Origin: Candidatus Magasanikiibacteriota bacterium
GTDB lineage: Bacteria; Patescibacteriota; Patescibacteriia; Magasanikbacterales; UBA922
Direction: 5' to 3'
Assembly (NCBI GenBank): GCA_041665025.1
Contig: JBAYJP010000006.1
Coordinates: 5,440 to 69,439 of the forward strand
DNA: 64,000 bases
The position numbers and the translations under genes were made by a program. Numbering within the stretch: position 1 is the first letter of the stretch; every line of letters begins with the position of its first letter. The notes under the pieces were generated by a model. That model worked only from the letters and a program-made list of their open reading frames with translations, searched no databases and was not told the DNA's origin. Positions 39,428-50,300 of the stretch are shown here, in pieces.

Positions 39428-40144
39428 TTATAAACGTGGACGATTGTTCCGATCACGATTCCACATGGGTGGATTATATATAATATAACGTTGTATATTA
39501 TGAAACGCCGTTTCATTTCGGATAATATTATCATAAAACGACCGTTGCCATTTGAATTGTGGAAAACCAATTTCGTGGATACGTTTCGACGTGGTCGTTT
39601 TCAATGCGCCGATAATATTTGATAATGATAATATGTTGTATGAACCCGGTGCATGTAGGGACAGGTCTAGACCTGTCCCTACACCACGTTCCATGTCAAT
39701 CATCATATTGAGGTCATTGCCGCGACCTGCCCCTACGGACCCCGCATTATCCAAATCCATTGCAATACCACCGGCATGACCCACCCCTACACCATCGGCA
39801 CAATCCATATCAATATCATTATTCAAATCCATTGTAATATTATTTCCATTGACGACCGTATCGTCACATATTTCCAATATCCCATGCACATGGTTCGGCA
39901 TAACCACAAACCCGTGTGATCGTATATACGAATATTGGTGCGACAACCATTCCCATTGGCGATATAGGACCGTGCCCACACGATTCACGCACATTACACC
40001 ATTATATACACCACCAAAAAATGAAATCCTACCCTCTACACAGATCGTAATAAAATAACACCTATTATTTTTATAATCAAAACCCCGTAAACGATTATTT
40101 TTTCTATTATTCCTCCTATACATATACGCATAGTATACATGCAA
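39428..40144 (-). mobile_element. REP-associated tyrosine transposase (RAYT, IS200/IS605-like Y1/HuH family) carrying an in-frame insertion of about 85 aa
   Basis: YFITICVEGR...VVMPNHVHGIL (HuH) ... FKWQRSFYDNIIRNE (catalytic Tyr helix) ... YIIYNPPMW. The order and spacing match E. coli YafM-type RAYTs, apart from the insert between the HuH motif and the Tyr helix. Confidence 0.75.
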
Positions 40145-40559
40145 AATTCTATGATTTAAATCTATCTAACTTAGACGAACTTAGATAACTTAGGTACTTA
40201 GCAAACTCAAGTTTATCCCCACTCTATCCCCAAAAGCGCTCTTGACTTGACAAAAAGGCTAAAAAGTGGTCTAATAGGTATGTATTTAGGGAAAAATGTC
40301 TCATACCACATACCACACAACAACTCGCTTGTTACGCGGTATGTGTCATGTGACCACGAGGCGAAGCTTTTCGTGGCGCATACACTATGCATAGTGAGCC
40401 CAATACCACTCTGGTATAGGACAAACTTCCGTAAACAAAATGTTCTGTTCTTTCCATTTGTCACACTATTCCTCTGATCAAGGAGTAGTACGACAATACA
40501 ATTAAGTGCGCGAGGCAATTTATCACGTGTCCGCCCAAGGCGGATTTACGTGAGACAAA

Positions 40560-41300
40560 CTCGTCCGTTTTAAAATTTAGAAACCACGTCGTCAACCAGC
40601 AAGAGTGCGATGTGGATATTGAGAAGTAAATTTACTCCTTAGTACCCACATCACATCTCTCGACCGCGAGAAGTTTTTCGGGGGCACTCGCTCCCGACTC
40701 GCGGTCAAGCCGCAAGCGCCGCGTTTCGCGGTAAGGAAAGGGGGACTCATGTCCCACCTGCGGCTCGCGCTGTTCGCCGCGATCGCGGCGCTGGCACTCG
40801 TCCTCTCGGGCTGCGTCGAGCCCGAGGACGAGACGAATGAGTCTCCCGACACGACGCAACAGCCGTCGGGAGATGTGCAGGCGCCCCTCTGCCAGAAGAA
40901 GGCGGACGGGACCTGCCGCGACGACGTCGCCCCCTCCCCGGGCGACGAGATCGTCGGTGACGACACCGACGGGGAGACGGACGAGGACGTCCTCCAGCCG
41001 AACGGCTGCGAGGCGGTGGAGTGGACCGAGATCACGATCGGCCACGACATCGCCCTCTGCCACGCCGAGAACGGCATGGGCAGCGAGGGCGAGTGCGAGT
41101 TCGCCATGTACGAGCAAGATGGGCAGTGCGTCACCGACTGCATGCCCAACTTCTCGGGGCGACCGACGAACGAGATGGAGGCGGTCCCTGGTGGATTCGC
41201 CTACAACCACCCGTTCCTCGGGCGGGTCATCTGCATCATGCAGTGACCCGACCACACCCGACTGAGCTCGTCCGTGGACTGGGATGCGTCGCGCACCGGT
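40560..41300. other. High-GC island 2, about 740 bp, immediately upstream of the RAYT and 3' of the giant gene
   Basis: Abrupt compositional shift. Contains the inverted repeats GACCGCGAG..CTCGCGGTC and GATGTGG..CCACATC. Confidence 0.6.
40749..41246 (+). CDS. Lipoprotein (165 aa) encoded on high-GC island 2
   Basis: Signal peptide with lipobox LVLSGC; a GGGGG RBS; strongly GC-biased third codon positions. Overlapping ORFs in other frames are GC artefacts. Confidence 0.55.
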   Translation: MSHLRLALFAAIAALALVLSGCVEPEDETNESPDTTQQPSGDVQAPLCQKKADGTCRDDVAPSPGDEIVGDDTDGETDEDVLQPNGCEAVEWTEITIGHDIALCHAENGMGSEGECEFAMYEQDGQCVTDCMPNFSGRPTNEMEAVPGGFAYNHPFLGRVICIMQ

Positions 41301-41333
41301 CCCTAGAGAATAACAAAATGGTATTATCTAGAG

Positions 41334-41366
41334 AAAAAAAATCTCCCAAATTGGGAGATTTTTTTG
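41334..41366. terminator. Bidirectional terminator AAAAAAATCTCCCAA-ATT-GGGAGATTTTTTT directly 3' of the giant gene
   Basis: Perfect 9-bp stem flanked by an A-tract and a T-tract. Confidence 0.75.
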
Positions 41367-41377
41367 TTTTGGAATCT

Positions 41378-44300
41378 TTACGGAATGACAATAATTGCAC
41401 CTTTATATTTTGTAAAATGATAATCATGCATGGTTGAATCATCACATTGATGATCAGTAGTATCATTAAAAAATGCGGTCGGATTGCCATTACCATCTAC
41501 CCCATTACACCACCCCCAATTATCAAGCACCTGAACGCCGGGTTTGAAGATACAGATACCAGTCTCTTCGGTAATTTCACTGCGTTCCATGAGACGAGCG
41601 TATGCTTCGTCTGCGTATGAGAGATTATCACCAAAATATTTTCTCTTTATGGTGTCATTTCTCAAATCACCTACTTCAATATCTGTCGTGTTGCAATAAT
41701 AGGTATGCTCGAATTCAAAATAATTTTCCTGGCACGCACGCGGTGCATCTCCAAAGATTGGATCCTCAATGTTATCATCACAAAAGTAGCCATCCCCAAA
41801 TATCTGGACGCATTCCTCATCTTTTTTACATGTAATGGGAGGCTCGCCCTGAGCCCAGTTACGTTCACGTTCATCTCCTGTACATCTACCTACTGTTTTA
41901 TTACCGTCTGTATCATCACAATAAGGCTTGTGATTCCGATACATGCCCTTTACATCTTTGTTTTGCACGTCCGTGCCGTCGTCCCAATTCACCATCACTC
42001 TGCGTATAGGCATGCGATTATCATCCGCAAACGCAAAGAACCGAGCATTGACCGTAACACTTCCCTGCTGGATAAATGGATCGGGCGTACCTCTTCCGAA
42101 ATCGCTTTTATCTTCATCCCCGTCTTTCCCATCGTCATCATAATCTTTCATTGTATAATTTTTCATGTTAATCGTGATATTGTCTGCTTCTCCTGGAATA
42201 CAATCTTTGTCTCTCCTCGAACATAGGCTCGGGTTGATAGAGAAAATTTGTGGAGGTTTGGTATCGCCAATAAAATCTTGACCTCCTAAATTACTGCTAT
42301 AATCTTCTCCGACATATTCACCTCCTACATAGTCTCCAAGTGTGTCCACTACTGCATCATCTCCAAAAAGATGATTTTGCGACTTAATACTAAAATACTT
42401 CAAAAATAAATCATTCAAACTCAGGTAATACAGATTTGCGTCTTGATATGAAAAATTATCATCCTGTTCTTGTTCTTGCCTATCTACTGCGTGAGTATTT
42501 ATTCCTTTAAGCGTGGCATAACTACCTCCTGTGGTTTTTATTTCTTCACATATAGTTGGAACTCCTCCCAGACGATGGCTATCTGTTTCGTCGCAACTAT
42601 AAGGGAACCCATCGAATACGAGATTGGTGAATGTGTATGAAAGCCAATAAGGATTTCCAATCCCAAGCCATGGATCAAGAGGGCTCGTTCCGCGAAGTGA
42701 GAGAGAAGCATAAGGTTGGAGTTGAGTGGTTTTGAAAATCTGACTAAAAAACCCTGATGACGCTAGATATTCACCGTGTTCCCAGATGCGATCTGTCCAT
42801 GCCTTATTTGTAGTATCTCCAATGTCTCCGCTTTCGTCATATACCTTTACAAATTCATTACAGCTCTCATTCAACTCGACAATAACCGCAAATCGGATGC
42901 CGTGTCCTTCTCCATCATCATTTTCATATCCATTACACCAGCGAGATACATATCCAAGAAATTCACCATTTTTATTAAAGTCAAGGCCAATGGCAATCCA
43001 ACTACCTTCTTTTTTGCCGTCATTTTCATCCTGATGAAGATTAAATTTACATTCAGCCTGCAGAGGATCGGAGTCAGCATTACTGGGTAGACTTACTTCC
43101 TGGCCAGCTATTCCATTCACCAGATCTGTGTTAGGCAAAAACTCAGGCGTTTGCTTTTCAGTATTAGTCAATGGGTAGTATTCATGATATACACCCATAT
43201 ATCTATGCTCTATCTCATTGAGTGTTTGTAAAGCAGGATACCTTTTATACACTTCAAGTATCTTACCGGAAAACTCATATGGACTTGAATCATCATATCC
43301 CTGAAACGACACTAATCCATTTTCATTATCCTTATCCAAAAGATATGTGTACAAGCCTGCGTCCGCAGCACCATCGTCATTAAAAAAATCTATATACCCT
43401 CCATCACTATTACCTCTAATATAATGATATGTTAATGGAACTCTCTCATGAAAGGCAATTTTATCAGGTTCTCTTCCACCTGGGCCTGCAATTCCTCTCA
43501 AACCATTAAAATCAATTCTAAACGCATCTGTCAACAAAGGAACAGGTGCTCCGCCCTCGAGCTTACCTGGATAAGCAACAGGAACAAAATAAATGGCCTT
43601 TATATCTTTTTCTCTTATTTTTTCTTCAAGCGTCGAGCGATATATCTTTGGATAGCTATCGGAAAATGCTAATTTAGTCATCGAAGCTAGTGTCATCGAT
43701 TCTCCTAACACTCTGTCCACGGTTAAAAACGAAGTTTCAACCTTATAATCTATTCCATGCTCTAACTCCATGCCTATAAGAGTCCTGTCTCGAGATGTTT
43801 CATCGCTGTTTTCTATTCCATCGAGGTCACTCATGAAAAAATTCTTGGCATCTGTATCTGGGAGATCTCGAGCTTCTGCAGCCTTATCCCACAAACGCGG
43901 AGGATGCATAAATGTTCCCAGCTCGACAGTATCATACAGCTCAGCATATGTGCCCTCATTTTTTTCAAAAATAGAAGGAGCAAAAATCTCAGGTACGAGT
44001 AATGATGCATCATCTTTGGCCACTTGGCTCTCCAAACTTGTGATATAATCTACACTATTAAAAGCTAGATAGGGATATAATTCTCCTCCTCTTGGATTCA
44101 TGTCCATTCGCAGTACTGTCGCGTTTGTGCCTATTTTCCTCCACGCCCATATATTCATAAGTGCAATAGGAGTGTTTTCTTCATATGGTCCTCGCCATGC
44201 ATCCCTATTGAGATCATCAGCCCAACACATAATATATCTATACATCCCCGTATGACCACAACTTTCTCCGTCATCAAGATTGAGAGGACAAATGCCGCCT

Positions 44301-47300
44301 GCATTTGTTTTAACATTGGGACAATTTTCAGCTAGGCCAGCACTACCCCATGGCAAATTTTCTGAATCCATAAACCGGGTGTAATCTCTATTCATCACTA
44401 TCTGGTGGGCCGGGGGTGCATCTGGATTTGTCTTTAGAGTAAAATTTCCATCTGCAGGTCCTGTTCCTCCGGGCTCAAAACTATATGTACCACCAAAATC
44501 TACTTCTGAATACGCACCTCCGACATTATTACTCAAACTGCAATAATATTCGCCGCCATTGCTTTCACTATCGAGTGTGGGAAAATATCCGGCATCCTGG
44601 TAGGCATTGTAGTTGTCAACAGTAGAAGCAGATGATTGTATAGGAAACCAGGTAAGGCACGCATACTGTTCATCCATACGAACCATGCTCCCGGCTGGCC
44701 CAAGTGGTCGGCTCAGATCATATTCAAGACATAGCCCTTTAAGCCCAAAATATGATGCCTGTTGTTTGATCATACTACATGTTCCTGTGCTACCGCATTC
44801 ATCATTGGTCATACAAGGGAACCCATTTATTGCGCCATCTCCTACACAAACTCCCCCGGTACTTACATGTGCCGGCGTGTCTCGTACTGGCCAATAATCA
44901 ATAGTGCCGTCTTTATATTCTATTTTTCTATATTCACACGAACATTCTTCAACTATAGAGCCATCCTCTTTTACTACTCGTTGACATACATTCGCTTGCG
45001 AATATATTGGTTTTTTTGTCGAGTAATCCCAACGATAATACTGATTGTCCTCCCCTGACGTTTTTTTGTCTCTTTGTTCCGGCTGTTGAGTTAGCGCCAT
45101 TTGAGTAGAAAAAGGACTGCCTTGCTCCGGGTATGCTTTACATATGCCTGTTTCCAAATAAATAGTCATCTCTTCAACTGAATTAACCTCATCGGGAAAC
45201 ATTCCACCGAGTGGATATGTACACCGTTGTTTATAACATCTACCCCCATCATCAAAACCGCACGCATCGCCGTCTTCTTTTTTAAATTTGCTGTCGCTAT
45301 CCACCTCACTGCAGCCTACGTCTGGAAAATCTGCGTCCCCGTCGCCATCTTTATCTGCCATAAAAAATGAATCATTCATCAGATAGGTCAGGTAGACTTC
45401 GTTATCCAAGACAACAGACTTGTAATTTCCAATATTATACTTGTTGAATAAAGAATATCCCGAATATTCAAAACTACCCCAACCTACATTGCGAATGACA
45501 TATTCTTCCTCTGATAACAATGTGTTGTTAAGTGATATGTCTGCCCAACCATCATCGGCGCACGCCCCGTTGCTATTGAGTTTATTACATGTTCCGTAGT
45601 CTTGACATATCCGCTGAGGCACATTATTTTCATCATATACGGTCATCGATGTCCGGCACGCCAACCACTCACTACACTCACGATCACGTTCTACTTTGAG
45701 AAGTACATTGGTATCACGCGTTCCTGCGGTGGCAATAGGAACAAGCGCGTACTTTTTGCTCATACTATCTGCATACGTCAGTACGCTATTATATATCTTG
45801 TTTGGATTTTCAGTCATGTTGAAGAGCACGCATCCTTCTTTTTGGCTCGCTTTGCTATCGCATTCTCCGGTACGTTCAAACAAGCGATCATTATTTATCA
45901 CATAATAAGGTTCACCATCCATATTCCCCGACGTATCTGCTGGATCTATGAGCTCAGTACACCCACTGTATTCTGTTTCGCACATCCCCACATACCCTTG
46001 GTATCCAGGGGTGCCCTGGGACAAAAGTCCATATTCTCCGCTTCCCGAGAGCTGATTTGGATAGCACGCTGTGAGGCCTTTTTTGCATGTTTCGCCTGAA
46101 ACGGTACACTCATTGTCACTGCTACAATAGGTATTAGTACCTCCGCCTGCTTCAGTTTGGCACTGTCCAACGTTATCCATAAACCAGCCACTATATTGTA
46201 TACCACTTATTTCGACATTATCGCGATATGTGCATGATTTAGCACCAATAACAGCCGGATCTTTGAAATAAGTGAGATTATTTCCATTTCTATACTCAGA
46301 ACACCCGACCAAATCTTCACTGCATAATGTCTGGTCATAGTGATCCGGATTATTGAGGACCATAGTATCTGAAAAACTATACGCGGTGTTACTCTGCGCG
46401 TCTGGATTTGTCTGCTGTTGTAATCCTACTTTCTCGCATCCCACATGTTCATCGCTACATACAAATTCAGAACGATGAGTAAGGTAAATCGTATTGGAAT
46501 CAGCAGGAACAACAATAGTAGACGTCACTACATACAAATCGTCAGTATTACCCGTACAAAGACCTACCATGCCAGTTCTCTCTATACACCCACTGGGGAG
46601 ATACACCTTATTGTGAAATTCAGTTGCTCCTGGATCATCGCTATAACTGGGTACGACAACCGCAGTATCTATATAACAACTTGTTTCTCCTTTTCGTATC
46701 GTACAACTATATGTTTCAAAATTAGTAGCGTCAGAATATATTTTTGCCTCGCATTTCGATGCATCACCTGGATACGTAGGACTTGTCGTACCCCGTTTAC
46801 ATAATACATTGTACGCATTCATTTGCATGGCATCTTCACCTGATACAGTATTGTATGTATCTACCATCGCCTTACACCCAACTGCCTCGACACGGCACAA
46901 ACGGTCAAAACCAGACAAAGCAACAGGCTCATTATCTCGTGTCGTGTATGCACGACAGCCCAATGCTTCGCCAGGAAATGCGTCAAGCGGTGTAGAATCG
47001 CATAAAAGTGGCACATCATACCCTTCGCGTGTTTTCCATGAATTTTTTATCAGATAAAGATGGTCATCATTTTCCTGTCCAATACGAACAATGCGGACAT
47101 TATCAATAAAGTACGAGGCAGATTCATTGGTGTCCAAAAACAATGACGCCGTGCCACTCGCCATACCCGTAAACTGTACAGGGCCCAATGTATATTCCTG
47201 CCAATCATTGCCAATAGGCGCTTGTATCGAAGTATTGGTAAGCGGATCAAGCGTAAATGTTCCTTTTGTTGCTCCGTCTTGTCTAAACGAAATGTCCAAT

Positions 47301-50300
47301 GCCTGAGTCTGTCCGCGCGCCCAGAAACTCAACTCATACCATGCACCCGACTGCATACGCTCGGCATTAAATGTATATGAGGCGTCACCGGTAATGCGCA
47401 AAGAATGAAGGCCGACTTGCGTTGCCTCTGCTTCAATAGAAGTATTGCCTGGCCACCCTTCCTTTGCCCGTGTCAACGCATCTGTATCATCCCCATCCGG
47501 TTCAAAATTCATGGAATGAACTTCAATATTATTCCCCTGATTGCCAATATATGAACGGCATCCATTTGCTGTCGCAGGGCATGAATCTGCTTCGCTTTTT
47601 ATGGAATAATATACGCATGCGCCTTGCGCGGGATTACTCGGATCTGTTTGATATGTTCCGCCATTATAACAACGATTGCACACGCTATTCACACTATCCC
47701 ATGTACCACCTTTCTGCGCACATAACGTATTTTTTGCAACCCCTCCGACAGACCCTGATCCGGATAAATATTCATCCTCGTACAAATTTGAAATGCTTTT
47801 ACGCAATGGACGGCAGTCCAAAGACACTGACACGGTATCATTTTTCAAACGATAATATACGCCTCCGGAAGCATCATAATACGCGCGGCAGTCAGGACTT
47901 GTATTAGAAGCATATGGATTTTGCAAATGCAGATTATATTGTGCTGCATTACAAATTGCATAATTATTTTCCAAGGAAGTTTTACTATCATCGGCGTATG
48001 CCGGAGAGTTACTCGCAAACTCAGCAACCGCACCACTTGCCAGACCAAGTCCTGAAATATAAAGTGCCTGAGCCGCGTCAATTTTTGCAAGCGTGTGTTT
48101 TTGCAATATAAATCCCTGACTTGCAGAACCTTCCCACGTATAAAATACTTTTGCATTTTCACCTTCGGGTCGTTCACAATATTTCAAATTACTATAATAT
48201 TCTAGTGACTCGCCTCCGCCGGTGAGCGCATCAATATTGGTAAATTCATCACACCCTACATACTGAGCTGCGCACGTCTGACCGCCTGAAGGACCTGTAG
48301 GAATAAAATACATGGGAAATTGAGATTGTTCGAAATTGGATTCTTCTTGTTTAAACGTGTCATATCCAATACACTGCTCATTGCATAAATTTTCTGTGGT
48401 TGCAATGCCCGGAATTTCTATACCCCCTTGCGCCGGAGTATACCCTTTGCATCCCACTTCGTCTTGTACACACACTTGCGCAAAATTACTGCAACTTTCC
48501 GGTTTATCTTCAAATCCAACAAGATCCGCGCGAGTCTGCGGCCAATCTATGGCAGGCGTACCAATATTTTTATCATAACAACCCAGATACTCTGGAGCTT
48601 TTTTCAATCGAATTGATTCTCCATTCAAAGCATCTTTGAAAACACTACATCCTTCTGCGTTACCGGGACATGAAGCGTAGGAAGATAATTTGTCATTAAA
48701 ATAAAGCATTTGCTCTCTGCCAAGAAGTTTATCCTCGATATTTACTTGGCCACTATTCTTCCATGTACCATCTTCATTTTGTTCACTACTATATGCACGG
48801 CATCCTTTTGATTCCACACTGCATGCGCCATAGTCGAGGGTGCGTGAAAGATACGATGATACAGAGCCCGAGACTGAATTGACATATGTTTTGCATGTGT
48901 TGTAATACGCCGGACAACTGTCTCCCGGCATATGCCATACATTTTTTTCTTTTGTACAATATCCATACGAAATGCACTGGCCTTTGTCGTCTTCTTTGAG
49001 ACATGTTGAAAAATCTACGCACTCCTGCGTTCGCAGGGCTGTACCTTCTTGTTGCAATTGGGGACCCCACACGCGCGCTTCACAGCGAGCCTCAGGAGCT
49101 TTGATAATCCAATTGGGATCAATGAGGTGACAATATGGGAAAGCAGCACTTGGTCTTCCTGAGGGATCGCACTCGGTAAATCCGTCTACGACCTTCTTTA
49201 GTGTCACGGGGTTATCTGGATCAGATTTAAGTGCAGCAATTTCAAACCCAAGCGGTAAAATACGTGCTTTTCTAAGTTTTTGAATATTTGAATAACAATA
49301 TGCCTGACTATAGCAATAGGGCAAATTCGTATTATCTACATCACGACCTGGCGGTATGAGTAGCCAATTTTCATGAAGCTGTCCACTCTTCATTGCTTCA
49401 TCTATGGTAAGAGGATCCCCTGTTTGTGCCAAATTGACTGCTTCTACAAGCTTACCATCCATAACACAATTATTGAGTCCTGGCGCCGGCGTTTGCGGAC
49501 ATGCACTGAATTCAGTTACCAAATCATAGGTGTCGAGGCTGCGCTGAGGAACCGTTGCAATAAGATATGAAAAAGCTTTTTCTGCCGCCTGACGATTGTA
49601 ACTAATATTTGAAGCAAAAAAATCAGTAACTCCTGAGGATTCGCTATCACCACCTGAAGGAAATAATCCCCCATCCATTATATTTTGTAAAAGAGAAGAC
49701 ACGAGCGTATTAGCAAAGACTGACAGCGCCATGGGCAAAATCTGTAAAGATCCTGAACCATAGATACCTGCGATTTGACCGGCCGTCATGTCTCCTTGAT
49801 TTTTTGCAGTCACTGACTTTGTTTCTTCTTGGATTACTTGGGCTGGCGTTCGAATCTTACCTGAGATAATGTCAGCAACTGGTTTGAAGCCATTTCCCTC
49901 TTGACGCGCTTGAGTTGCGTCTATCTGCGATTGGGTCACCACACGATCCAACTTCCCCATCAGTCCAAGCGCCGCTCCAAAATCTGAGTCTGAAACACTT
50001 AGAGAGGCAGTGAAACGCTCGGAAATAGCGTCCTTACTTCCGTACATATCATCAACTTGCTCCCAATTACTCGTGAATTCAGACCAATTACAACGAGGAG
50101 CTGGACCGCCTTCGTTTCCATATTCTGAATCATATATTCTCTGCAATCCAACCTGTAGCCCCACTTGCACCCGAAGATCCGGTGGTTTACACAAATCAAG
50201 TCCGAGAGGCTCCCCAAACTGCTGAATGGCTCCCGCAGCACTATCCAATGCAGTATTTCCAAGATATGAACCAAAACCATCTTGAAATGCGAGTGCGCTT

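Noticed and set aside
40592-41437. Several long ORFs overlapping the lipoprotein gene on both strands (40592..41149-, 40632..41255-, 40837..41265+, 41021..41437+)
   Set aside because: They are typical stop-codon-poor artefacts of high-GC DNA. Only the 40749..41246+ frame has a signal peptide with lipobox, an RBS and coherent GC3 bias.
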